Assembly: GCA_964347855.1 (NCBI GenBank)
Contig: CAYGAE010000002.1
Span: 1-46,958 of the forward strand
Direction: 5' to 3'
Source of the DNA: an uncultured Candidatus Bathyarchaeia archaeon
Lineage (GTDB): Archaea > Thermoproteota > Bathyarchaeia > Bathyarchaeales > Bathyarchaeaceae
DNA length: 46,958 bases
The translations under genes and the position numbers were made by a program. Below are positions 9,248-18,652 of this stretch, piece after piece. Below the pieces are notes generated by a model. That model had not been told where the DNA came from. It saw only the letters and a list, made by a program, of their open reading frames with translations, and made no database searches. The number at the start of each line of letters is the position of its first letter. Positions within the stretch are counted from its first letter, which is position 1.

Positions 9248-9430
9248 TTGGCAAAACTTGAGAAACTTGTTGTTTCAACCCTGGAAAATTCGGATGAAGC
9301 ACTAACCCTCGCAGAAATTGCTGAAAGGATTGGACAGTCTGAGAAGAAAGTTTTCAAAGCATTACGTAAGTTGTTTGAAAAGGAAATAATCCACTCTGAA
9401 GGGCGCCGCTATAGACTTGCGAATCGCTAG
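9248..9430 (+). CDS. small winged-helix DNA-binding protein
   Basis: 60 aa. LTLAEIAERIGQSEKKVFKALRKLFEKEII followed by a wing-like GRRYRL. TTG start 16 nt after the upstream stop. Confidence 0.5.
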   Translation: MAKLEKLVVSTLENSDEALTLAEIAERIGQSEKKVFKALRKLFEKEIIHSEGRRYRLANR

Positions 9431-9448
9431 TGCACGTGGTATCAGCGC

Positions 9449-10693
9449 TTAGATTTCTCTTACTTCAGGCTCTTTGACTGCCAAGAATACGATCAGACTC
9501 ACTATGACGCCCAAGACTATCGTGAACGCGAAGGGGTACGCTGGGTCAAGACCGTAAAGAACTCCCGCCAGAGCAGAGGCAGGAATCGTTGCCATAACAT
9601 TCAAAGTTCCAATAGTCCCCATAATTCTGCCCCGCTTTTTCCGCGGAATCATATCGGCCAGCAATGCATTGTACGCAGGCATGATTAGACAGCCTCCCAC
9701 AGCAAACAGTATGAAAACGAGAAGCAGTTGAACAAAATTCCTGCTAACTATAAAGAAAACACTAGAGGGCATAAAAATGACGTATGACAAGATCACAGCT
9801 TTTTTCCGCGCAATCTTGTCGACAAGTTTCCCCAGTGGAAAACCCAGAACAATCGTAACAGCAGTTGAAACCGTGTTTACGAACCCCCAATCAAGATCAC
9901 CTATTCCAATAATATCATTCACATAAAGCGCTGTAAACCAACGAAACATCGGTTCTTCGAAGGCACTCACCAAGAACGCTATCGTCAAAAACTTAAGACT
10001 CGTCGACATGGACCTCCAAGCTTCCGCAATAGCCCCCAAAGACTCCTTAAAGGCCCTCTTCAGCTCTCCCAGCCTCATCTTCTTGGGTTCATGAATCGTT
10101 TCCTTCAAGAAGAAAAGCCGTACTAGCGCCGCAGCCAAGAAACAGAAAAAGACGATGACGTAAACAATGCGCATTCCTGGAATTAACCCTTGAGTTTCCA
10201 CCAACACACCTGCTACTGCAGGAGCAAGTATAGTTGGTATCTGTGGCACAACATTAGAGGCAGCAAAACCCATCCCACGCTTTTCAGGCGGAATAGAGTC
10301 AGCATGTATGGCTTGGAGAGCCGGCTGATAGATCAAACTCAGGTTGGAAATAATCATCCCAATAAGCACAAACCTCCAATCAGGTGCAAAAATGTACAAA
10401 AGATACGAAAGCGCAATCGAGAACGTCATAGTTACGATTATCTGTTTTCTGCCGTACTTATCTGCAATGTAAGCCCCAGGAATCCTCACCAAGCTTAGCA
10501 TGGCGGCTCCAATAGATCCCATTAGGCCAATAACGACAGGAGGCGCCCCAAGCCCTTCAACAAACCGAGACTCAAAAGGCATGACCAAGGAAAACGTGAA
10601 ATACATAAAAACCCAACTAACGAGCAGAGTAAGCAAGTTACCACGCAAAAACGAGAATTCGCTCTTTATCCGTGCTAAAGCGTTCTTGGGCAT
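9449..10693 (-). CDS. MFS transporter
   Basis: 414 aa with ~12 TM segments and the MFS loop motif ADKYGRKQ. Confidence 0.8.
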   Translation of the reverse strand: MPKNALARIKSEFSFLRGNLLTLLVSWVFMYFTFSLVMPFESRFVEGLGAPPVVIGLMGSIGAAMLSLVRIPGAYIADKYGRKQIIVTMTFSIALSYLLYIFAPDWRFVLIGMIISNLSLIYQPALQAIHADSIPPEKRGMGFAASNVVPQIPTILAPAVAGVLVETQGLIPGMRIVYVIVFFCFLAAALVRLFFLKETIHEPKKMRLGELKRAFKESLGAIAEAWRSMSTSLKFLTIAFLVSAFEEPMFRWFTALYVNDIIGIGDLDWGFVNTVSTAVTIVLGFPLGKLVDKIARKKAVILSYVIFMPSSVFFIVSRNFVQLLLVFILFAVGGCLIMPAYNALLADMIPRKKRGRIMGTIGTLNVMATIPASALAGVLYGLDPAYPFAFTIVLGVIVSLIVFLAVKEPEVREI

Positions 10694-10783
10694 TTTCGAC
10701 TTCTACCACAATGCCATCCGATGTATTTAAAGTCTCACCGAATAGTCAGCGTGAGCATGTCTGCCCACACGATTTGGTGACGG

Positions 10784-11536
10784 TTACTGGATATGCTGAG
10801 CGGAATCCCACAGGTATTGAAAATAGTCCCTAGCAAGTTTAACCAGTCCCGTATGATTTGACCAAATAACCAATGACGGCTTATCCTCACCAAGGAGAAG
10901 CAGAGCCTCTTTGGCATCTACGATAACTCCTCCTCCAAACATAGTGTCCCGAACCCTTACTTCCCCGATGTTGGCTATCTTCTCAACATCCCACCTCTCA
11001 GACACCATAACCAGAACTTTAACTCCAGTGTCTCCAAGATGGGGCAATATAGGAATACTAACATCCAAGTAGCCCATGACAAAATCCGGCGCCGCAACCA
11101 TCAACTCCGTCTTAACCGCACTCAACATCTCCCGCAACTTCGCTAATATGCTAAACTCTCCACGCAGAATCCAGATATCCGGCTTCTCTCGCAACTCTCG
11201 ACGCTCATAGAGCGGCTGCAACTCATCCAAAACAATGCGCATCCATTCGCCAACCATGCCTTCTAAGCGTAGTCTTGCAGCATCCAGAGCCTCTGTAGGA
11301 GATTTGGGATAATAGCGACTCGGCCTTCCACGTTCTGCTTCGACCCAACCCTTCTTCTCCAAGGAGTTAAGAGTCTCGTAGACCTTCGAGTAGGGAATGC
11401 TCCCCTGTTCACTGATTTCTCTTGCTATCATGACTCCCCTCTTGAGTAGAGAAAAGTAAGCGCGGGATTCGTAGTCTGTTAGTCCCGCCTCCCGTAGAAC
11501 CCTCCTTGCTTCCTCGCTGATAGGCATCCCAGTCAA
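10784..11536 (-). CDS. TrmB family transcriptional regulator
   Basis: 250 aa. N-terminal wHTH GLTDYESRAYFSLLKRGVMIAREISEQGSIPYSKVYETLNSLEKKGWVE is typical of TrmB. Divergent from the radical SAM gene. Confidence 0.85.
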   Translation of the reverse strand: MTGMPISEEARRVLREAGLTDYESRAYFSLLKRGVMIAREISEQGSIPYSKVYETLNSLEKKGWVEAERGRPSRYYPKSPTEALDAARLRLEGMVGEWMRIVLDELQPLYERRELREKPDIWILRGEFSILAKLREMLSAVKTELMVAAPDFVMGYLDVSIPILPHLGDTGVKVLVMVSERWDVEKIANIGEVRVRDTMFGGGVIVDAKEALLLLGEDKPSLVIWSNHTGLVKLARDYFQYLWDSAQHIQ

Positions 11537-11625
11537 CCTTTTTCACCTTATGAAACGTTTGGAAATCTTATTATACCCCATTAGAAAGCCATAGTTATAT
11601 ATTTACAACCCTCAGTGGTGTCAAA

Positions 11626-13119
11626 TTGCAGTTTATAAAGGAAACAAAGAGCATATGTCCAGAGTGCCTCAAGGTTCTAGACGCTACAATCTTTGAAAAG
11701 GACAGCAAGGTTTACATAAAGAAGGAGTGCCCCGACCACGGAACGTTTCAGGATCTGTACTGGGGAGACTATGAGCAGTATCAACGAGCTGAACAGTTCA
11801 GACGCGACGGCGACGGACTGCATAACCCCCGAACCATGACAAAACTAGACTGCCCCTTCGACTGCGGCATATGCCCCCAACACAAATCGCACACAGGGTT
11901 AGCAATCATTGATGTGACCAACAGATGTAACTTGAGATGTCCAGTGTGCTTCGCCAACGCCGCAGTTGCGGGATACGTGTACGAACCGTCAAAAGAGGAG
12001 ATCATAGGGATGCTTGAAAATCTTGCCCGCAATGAACCCATACCACCCCCCGGACTGCAGTTCTCGGGAGGAGAGCCCACAATTCGGCAAGACCTCTTCG
12101 ACCTCATACGTGCAGCCAAGAACCTTGGCTTTCATCATATAGAGGTTAACACAAACGGCCTTCGACTCGCTCAAAGTGTAGACTATTGTAGAGGCTTGCG
12201 CGAGGTAGGAATGAGCACCTTATATCTGCAGTTTGATGGCTTGACTCCAGAGGTTTTTAAGTTCACACGAGGGGTTGACCTGCTTGATACAAAAATGAAG
12301 GCTGTCGAGAACTGCCGCAAAGCTGGATTGGAGAGCATCGTTCTGGTTGTCACGTTAGTTAAGGGGGTCAATGACCATCAACTGGGAGATATCATTCGAT
12401 TCGCAGTCGACAACTTCGATGTAGTTCGATGCGTAAATGTGCAACCCGTATCGCTCTGTGGCAGGCTTCCCGAGCAAGAGAGAGCAAAAATGCGAATCAC
12501 GATACCAGACTTCATGAAAGCAGTTGAGGAACAGACCGACGGAAAAATAAAGCCCACTGACTTCTATCCCGTGCCTTCAGTTGTTCCCATTTCGCGAGCG
12601 GTTGGTGCTCTCAAAAACAAGAGATACGTAGAATTCACCGCCCATCCCCACTGCGGCATGGCAACGTATGTATTCGTAGAAGATGGCGAGATGACTCCTA
12701 TCACTCGTTACGGCAATGTTGAAAAGTTCGTTGAAACAATGGACAAGGTTTACGAAGAGGCTAAGAAAGGACATTCGAAGAGGGCGAAATTACGTCTCAT
12801 GGGCGGCGCGTTGCGCCACATAAAACTAGGTTGGTTGAGGAAGTATCTGTTGCCTGTTTTGAGGACTGGAAGCTACGACTCGCTCGGCGATTTGCATCGA
12901 AAAATGTTGATGATATCCTCCATGCATTTCATGGATCCTTACAACTTCGACCTAGAAAGAATACAGCGATGTTGCATACACTACGCAGTGCCAGATGGCA
13001 AAATCATACCCTTTTGCACCATGAACTCTATCCACAGACCGAAGATAGAAGAACAACTCGGCATCCCCTTAGACGAGTGGCGAAGAACGCATAAGGCAGA
13101 AATTGGTGTAGTAGCCTAG
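11626..13119 (+). CDS. radical SAM enzyme, tetraether lipid synthase (Tes / GDGT-MAS)-like
   Basis: 497 aa: N-terminal zinc ribbon (CPEC...CPDHG), CPFDCGICPQH motif, then radical SAM CNLRCPVCF. This architecture matches the COG1964-type archaeal rSAM proteins to which Tes belongs. The family call is from memory, not a search. Confidence 0.6.
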   Translation: MQFIKETKSICPECLKVLDATIFEKDSKVYIKKECPDHGTFQDLYWGDYEQYQRAEQFRRDGDGLHNPRTMTKLDCPFDCGICPQHKSHTGLAIIDVTNRCNLRCPVCFANAAVAGYVYEPSKEEIIGMLENLARNEPIPPPGLQFSGGEPTIRQDLFDLIRAAKNLGFHHIEVNTNGLRLAQSVDYCRGLREVGMSTLYLQFDGLTPEVFKFTRGVDLLDTKMKAVENCRKAGLESIVLVVTLVKGVNDHQLGDIIRFAVDNFDVVRCVNVQPVSLCGRLPEQERAKMRITIPDFMKAVEEQTDGKIKPTDFYPVPSVVPISRAVGALKNKRYVEFTAHPHCGMATYVFVEDGEMTPITRYGNVEKFVETMDKVYEEAKKGHSKRAKLRLMGGALRHIKLGWLRKYLLPVLRTGSYDSLGDLHRKMLMISSMHFMDPYNFDLERIQRCCIHYAVPDGKIIPFCTMNSIHRPKIEEQLGIPLDEWRRTHKAEIGVVA

Positions 13120-13150
13120 TCTACTCTAGCTGCTTACTAGACTACTCAAA

Positions 13151-13732
13151 ATGGAGGCCATAGACAACGTGAACTCCTGTGTGAAGATTGAAATCAAGGA
13201 CATTGCAGAATTCAACTTAGGTGACATCCCCAAACCATGCAACGGCTGTTTGTACTGGGAGTTTCCAGAAGATTTCCAAAAGACAAGGGAGGACCCCGTG
13301 AAGGCAATGTCGGAACTGATAGAGAAGAAAAAGGAATGGTTCAGTCAGCGTATGAAAACCTTTGGGGTTTGTGGCAAGATTGTCTATTACAACAACTTGC
13401 CAGTTGGTTATGCTCAATATGCTCCCTCAAGACATCTTCCCAATGTTGTTAGCTACAAGTCCGAGGCGGTTGGACGAATAGAAGATGGCGCAGTTTTTCT
13501 TTCATGCCTTTTCATAGCTGACAAGTCTCTAAGAGGAAAGAGAATAGGCACCAAATTGCTCACTAGCATAATTGTGGATTTGAAGAAACGTGGGTTCAAA
13601 GCCTTAGAGACGTTTGCGTCGAGGGAGTCATCGAACAACCCGTCGGGACCAGTGGAATTGTACTTGAAGAGAGGATTTTCGATAAAGAATGAGGCAAATC
13701 CTATTTTTCCATTGATGAGGTTGGATCTCTGA
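13151..13732 (+). CDS. GNAT family N-acetyltransferase
   Basis: 193 aa with acetyl-CoA-binding-like segment LRGKRIGTKLLTSIIVDLKKRGFKALE. Confidence 0.7.
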   Translation: MEAIDNVNSCVKIEIKDIAEFNLGDIPKPCNGCLYWEFPEDFQKTREDPVKAMSELIEKKKEWFSQRMKTFGVCGKIVYYNNLPVGYAQYAPSRHLPNVVSYKSEAVGRIEDGAVFLSCLFIADKSLRGKRIGTKLLTSIIVDLKKRGFKALETFASRESSNNPSGPVELYLKRGFSIKNEANPIFPLMRLDL

Positions 13733-13789
13733 GCTCAGAAATCATTGCAATAGAATCTTTGTGTTGAAGTAGATATTCTCACTATCTTT

Positions 13790-13796
13790 GCGCGCG
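13790..13796. repeat. alternating (GC)3.5 tract
   Basis: tttGCGCGCGtatac, intergenic. Confidence 0.9.
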
Positions 13797-13801
13797 TATA
13801 C

Positions 13802-14017
13802 TCATCTAGGGGAGTATCTGCATTTCAGCATTTTCTTACAGATTAGACATTCTTCTGGGATGGGAACCTCGTTGTCAAGAATCGCTAAATATCCAAAACA
13901 ATGAGGGATGTTCAGAAAAAGAGGGCTTTCCTCCCTTGTATCCGGTTCAATAGGCAGGTTCCTGTTTGGCGGCTTAGTAGAAAACAGATTGCGAATCTTT
14001 CTGAAGAGCAAATCCAC
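13802..14017 (-). CDS. small Cys-containing hypothetical protein (possibly C-terminally truncated)
   Basis: 71-aa ORF with a GTG start and HC...CLIC..C residues. Its stop lies 5 nt from the (GC)3.5 tract at 13790-13796. A/T-rich TATA-like sequences lie upstream. Confidence 0.3.
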   Translation of the reverse strand: MDLLFRKIRNLFSTKPPNRNLPIEPDTREESPLFLNIPHCFGYLAILDNEVPIPEECLICKKMLKCRYSPR

Positions 14018-14167
14018 GTACGTTGCTAGAACACCCGTCTAACACAGATCAGCAAGCGTTAAAAGCAATATTCTTATAGCAAAATATTTCAAGAAATCTA
14101 ATAACCCGTACTCGTATTGTGATTGTATATCCGGTACCGTCAAAAATCTACCCTAATTCTCGGCTCT

Positions 14168-15097
14168 CTATTCGTCAAGTTTTGCAGAAAGTGTTGGGCG
14201 CCTGTGGGTTTTCCACTGTTTTCTTGCCTGGCAGAATAAATACTCTTGCGCATACCCAGCGTATTCTCCGAAATATTTTCTTCCAAAGGAGCTAATTTTC
14301 TTATATTCATTTGGTGTAATCGACTTCTTACTCAAAGCCTTCTCGACAAATGACCTCTTGAAATAGTCAGTGTAGAAGTCCAACATTATTCGTTTCATCC
14401 AGACATCCACTGGAAATGTCTCAAGCTTATCCAAGGAAAACAGAAGAACACAATCTGCAACCTTCTGTCCAACACCTGGTAACGATAACAATTCGCGTCT
14501 TGCTCTCTCGTAGCTCATCTCCTTTAAGGCTTCAAGCTCAAGGCATTTCTTGTGTATGGTTTTAGAAGCCTTCAAGACATGTATAGCCCGAAATCCAAGT
14601 TTGCATGCTCTTAGTTCTTCAAGGTTGGCGTTGGCTATGTCTTCCGGTTTTGGAAACGTATAAAAAGCATAGTCGTCAAAAGCTACCTTTCTTCCGAACC
14701 GTTTTGAAAGACTGAGAATCATTTCTCGGATGGCTGGAATGTTCTTGTACGTTGCACAAATGTATGAAATTAGGCATTCCCACGGCTCTTGCCTAATGAT
14801 TCTTAATCCTTGAAAATCCTGAATGGCCTTGCATATGTGTTCATCCTTATCCAACTTGGAAAGAATATACGGCAAATCGTCGTCCAACCGGAAGTGCTTC
14901 ACCACGAAACTAGCGCTTTCTATCGCGGGACAACTTTCAAAATCTAACCGGTTACCGATGTGTTTTATCTTCACAATCTTTTCTCCAATAACGCCATACC
15001 ACCACTGGTCATGTTTTTCCCAGCGAAAAGACTGCCCACACGTTAAAGTGTGTTCAAGGTTGAAAGGTGTGACTGCTAGATCGAATCTGATGTTCAC
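14168..15097 (-). CDS. ogg: 8-oxoguanine DNA glycosylase / AP lyase (HhH-GPD family)
   Basis: 309 aa with N-terminal LTCGQSFRW and the HhH-GPD segment LLSLPGVGQKVADCVLLFSL...FPVDVW. Confidence 0.85.
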   Translation of the reverse strand: MNIRFDLAVTPFNLEHTLTCGQSFRWEKHDQWWYGVIGEKIVKIKHIGNRLDFESCPAIESASFVVKHFRLDDDLPYILSKLDKDEHICKAIQDFQGLRIIRQEPWECLISYICATYKNIPAIREMILSLSKRFGRKVAFDDYAFYTFPKPEDIANANLEELRACKLGFRAIHVLKASKTIHKKCLELEALKEMSYERARRELLSLPGVGQKVADCVLLFSLDKLETFPVDVWMKRIMLDFYTDYFKRSFVEKALSKKSITPNEYKKISSFGRKYFGEYAGYAQEYLFCQARKQWKTHRRPTLSAKLDE

Positions 15098-15195
15098 CAG
15101 TGCATCATGTTCTTTGAGTGCCGCTTGCAGATAAGAGTTTCACAATACAGAAAGCTTTCAAAACACAGAAAGCTATGAGAGTTTTTCTACGAAGC

Positions 15196-15843
15196 TCAGA
15201 AGCCGAAGTTAAGATTCTGCAAAAATGGATTACGCTTCTTCTCTTCCCCTATCGTGGAGGCTGGACCATGACCAGGATACACTTTGTAATGATCGGGCAA
15301 CGTTGCGAGCCTCCTCAGAGAGCTTACCATTTCTCTAGATGATGAATGCGGGAAATCGTATCTTCCTATCGATCCTGCGAACAACGTGTCTCCAGTGAAA
15401 ACCGCATCTTGACCTAAAAGTGATATGCTACCTCTGCTGTGTCCAGGAGTGTGCAGAATCTTAAGCTTCACTTCTCCAACTTGAATGACATCCCCATCGT
15501 GAAGCATCTTATCGGCTGGAGGAGACACCACATGATAACCAAACATTGTTGATAGATTTCGGTTGGCGTCAGTCAACATTGGTGCGTCATATTCATGAAT
15601 CAAAATTGGAGCGCCTGTTGCGTCTTTGATTATTCCATTTCCAGCGATATGGTCAGGATGTCCATGCGTATCAACTATGTAGAGGATTTGTTGGTTGTGT
15701 TGACGAATCTCTTTGATGATTCGTTCAGCTTCGGCTTTTTCATTAAAGCCAGGATCGATGATCATGGCCTTTTTAGTTTCAGTGCAAACGGCAAGGTAGC
15801 AATTTATGTAGAGAAGCCCGACAGTGAATCTCTCAACAAGCAT
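15196..15843 (-). CDS. MBL-fold metallo-hydrolase (glyoxalase II-like)
   Basis: 215 aa with the HTHGHPDH metal motif and HTPGHS. Confidence 0.85.
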   Translation of the reverse strand: MLVERFTVGLLYINCYLAVCTETKKAMIIDPGFNEKAEAERIIKEIRQHNQQILYIVDTHGHPDHIAGNGIIKDATGAPILIHEYDAPMLTDANRNLSTMFGYHVVSPPADKMLHDGDVIQVGEVKLKILHTPGHSRGSISLLGQDAVFTGDTLFAGSIGRYDFPHSSSREMVSSLRRLATLPDHYKVYPGHGPASTIGEEKKRNPFLQNLNFGF

Positions 15844-15970
15844 CGAGCACCCATCAGGTCTAGTTTCGTGACTGTGTCTTTAAAGGTTTTCAACGTTCAA
15901 GGCAGGGTGCCCTTTTAGCAGGTATCTCTTGAGGAAATGAATAGGGAACTCGAAAGATGTCTTGAGCCTT

Positions 15971-17083
15971 TCAGAATCTCTTTTTAGATCTCTCTTCTTC
16001 TTTTCTTCTTGCAGTGAATAGGTAACCCCTTCTAGTTGATGATGAAGCAGCAAGGTTTGGAAGCGAAGGGTATTTGTCTTGTGTGCTTTGTTCTTTGCCG
16101 GATTGGCGCTGAAACTTGTTGGAGGGCAAGAGATGAGCGAACCCTTCTTCCACAGAAATTGCTCTAACCATGTTCTCAAACACGAGAAATGAGGATATGC
16201 CTAGGAGGATGCCTGCAATCGTCAAAATGATGAGAGCTACACTCCAGAAAACCGTTGTGATAAAGACCCAGTACGGAGCAGCGTACAAAGGACCTAACCA
16301 AGGGGACTTCCAAAGGATATTCCAAAGATTGAGTGTCAGGTAAAGCGTTCCAATGAACATGCTCATACCATATATCAAAGTAACGATGGGGAAGAAGAGA
16401 TGTGTCGAGGATTCTTCTCTCCGCCTCTTAACCACTAGGTCAGTAAATACAACGGCCGGAGCCAGTATCATAACGATTCCTTCGATGAAGTTCATTGACA
16501 TGAAAGGCCCGAGAAAAGGAACGTCCCATTCAGCAAGAGCCCCTCTTAAGATGGGGTAGTTGAATAAGACAGTGGCCAAAAGTATTCCTCCTGCGAGGGT
16601 CATGAAAGAACCCGTGAGTTTAAAGTCGAAAGCAGTAGACATGTATGCAGCGGCACCAACCATTAGAAACACGGCGCTGAGGATCAGCAACATGGACTCG
16701 ACACCCGGCTGAAGAAGGATGGATCCAATTCCTAAGAAGAGAAGATACAGCGAACCCAGCAAGACACCGAGGGACACTATTCCCTCTGGAGCACCCCATC
16801 TGTAAGAGTATAGTCCTCCCAAAATGAGGAATCCACCCAATATTACGAGTACAACTGAGGCCACTAGATATAGCACAGTACCGAACAATAGGGTAACTTG
16901 TGTTGAAGAGGAGATAAGAAACTGTGAGGCTTGATAAAAAAGGATGATGGACAAAGCTATGTTAGCCAAGATGAAACCGATACCCAAAACTGTAGTGGTC
17001 AAGAGTACCAGCTTTCGTGGATCCAACTCCCGAGGCCTCATTTCGGAGTATCGTTTAGATTGCATTTTAAACTTCTGAATCAT
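15971..17083 (-). CDS. polytopic membrane protein, family unassigned
   Basis: 370 aa with ~9 hydrophobic segments and a basic hydrophilic C-terminal tail. Confidence 0.6.
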   Translation of the reverse strand: MIQKFKMQSKRYSEMRPRELDPRKLVLLTTTVLGIGFILANIALSIILFYQASQFLISSSTQVTLLFGTVLYLVASVVLVILGGFLILGGLYSYRWGAPEGIVSLGVLLGSLYLLFLGIGSILLQPGVESMLLILSAVFLMVGAAAYMSTAFDFKLTGSFMTLAGGILLATVLFNYPILRGALAEWDVPFLGPFMSMNFIEGIVMILAPAVVFTDLVVKRRREESSTHLFFPIVTLIYGMSMFIGTLYLTLNLWNILWKSPWLGPLYAAPYWVFITTVFWSVALIILTIAGILLGISSFLVFENMVRAISVEEGFAHLLPSNKFQRQSGKEQSTQDKYPSLPNLAASSSTRRGYLFTARRKEEERSKKRF

Positions 17084-17374
17084 GAAGACATATTCAAGAT
17101 CAAGGGCATACTATGAGATTTTAATGATTTGGTGTAAGGTTAGCTTGGCTTTGTGACCAGCTTACCATGGACAAGCAATCTAGCCATCGTCGTGCACAGA
17201 ATATACTATATAACTGGACTTTAGCGACGGCTGGTTGAACCAGCAGTACCAGGAACACAGAGAACAGGAGAACCGATAAGAAGAGAAGTAACGATGAAAG
17301 TAGAACCTTGATTCCTTTTTTGGCGTTTTCCGATAAGGTTTTTAGACACGCACCGGTCACAGAAATACAACTCG

Positions 17375-18559
17375 ATGGTGAAGTCGATGTTAGATAATAA
17401 TGTGGACTCTACCGCGCAGAAATGGAAGTACGTCTCTCTGACACTAATGGTGTTAATAGTGATCAGCTCAGTCCTCTTCACCTATGCGTACTATAACATG
17501 AACTCACAACTCTCGGATCTACGGACTGAGTTCTCCGACGTGCAAAGCCAACTTAGAGGCTTAGACAACAAGATTAAGATTCTGGAATATTTGAACACAA
17601 CCGCCCAGCTGCCTTTGCCTCAAGTCTTCGAGACGATCGAAAATTCGGTGGTCTTGATCACTACGAACCTAGCTCAAGGCTCCGGCTTCGTCTACGACAA
17701 CGTTGGGCACATCATAACGAACTACCATGTAATTGAAGGTGCCACTACCATACAAGTTACGTTCGTAGATGGAAACGTAACCGAAGCCACTATAGAGGGC
17801 GAAGATCCCTACAGCGATCTAGCTGTCATCAAAGTAGATCAAGATATTACGACACTATATCCAGTAGTGCTCGGAAACTCTTCAGACCTTATTGTTGGAG
17901 AACCCATCGTTGCTGTTGGAAACCCCTTTGGGTTAAGTGACACTATGACGGCTGGTATTGTTAGCCAGCTTGGAAGGCAACTCAGCGCAGAAGGCGGATA
18001 CGTAATAATAGATGTGATTCAGGTAGACGCTGCAATAAACCCGGGAAATTCAGGTGGACCCCTCGTGAATATGAACGGCGAAGTTGTCGGAGTTAATACT
18101 GCTATAATAGCCGATCCTGGTACCCAAACCTTTGCTGGCATTGGGTTTGCAATCCCTTCTGACACTGTAAAGAGAGAAGTGCCTTCGCTTATCGAGAACC
18201 ATACATACAAGCATCCATGGATAGGCATCTCAGGCGTAGACGTCAATCTAGCCATTAAGGAAGCGATGCATCTCGAAAAGGTGCAAGGTTTCCTAATAGT
18301 TGAGGTTGTTCCAGATAGTCCTGCGGAGGCAGCGGGCTTGACGGGAGGTGAGACACCGCTCTCAATAGATGGACAAGAGATCATGATAGGTGGAGACGTG
18401 ATAGTGGGAGTGGACGAGTTGACGGTTAGAAATCTTAACGACCTCGTGGTATACATAGAAAGGAATAAGCGTCCTGGAGATACGATACAGCTCACGATAA
18501 TCAGAGACGGGGGGGAAATGCAAACGTCGTTAGTGTTGGGAGAGAGGCCCCCTCCGTAA
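17375..18559 (+). CDS. HtrA/DegP-type serine protease with PDZ domain
   Basis: 394 aa: signal anchor, catalytic triad context (TNYHV, DLAVIKV, GNSGGPL) and a C-terminal PDZ-like segment. Confidence 0.9.
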   Translation: MVKSMLDNNVDSTAQKWKYVSLTLMVLIVISSVLFTYAYYNMNSQLSDLRTEFSDVQSQLRGLDNKIKILEYLNTTAQLPLPQVFETIENSVVLITTNLAQGSGFVYDNVGHIITNYHVIEGATTIQVTFVDGNVTEATIEGEDPYSDLAVIKVDQDITTLYPVVLGNSSDLIVGEPIVAVGNPFGLSDTMTAGIVSQLGRQLSAEGGYVIIDVIQVDAAINPGNSGGPLVNMNGEVVGVNTAIIADPGTQTFAGIGFAIPSDTVKREVPSLIENHTYKHPWIGISGVDVNLAIKEAMHLEKVQGFLIVEVVPDSPAEAAGLTGGETPLSIDGQEIMIGGDVIVGVDELTVRNLNDLVVYIERNKRPGDTIQLTIIRDGGEMQTSLVLGERPPP

Positions 18560-18652
18560 TTCGCTTTTCTCCAAGGTATCGCACGCTCAAAGAGACCAAA
18601 ACCACTATTTCAAGATATAGACCGAGTAAAAGCTTCTGAGGGAAGGGGAAAT

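Noticed and set aside
17084-17374. 290-nt divergent intergenic region with two small track ORFs (17121-17360, 17221-17481).
   Set aside because: The ORFs are hydrophobic or low-complexity and overlap each other. The region is more simply the shared promoter space of the membrane protein and htrA genes. A small RNA cannot be excluded, but I have no evidence for one.
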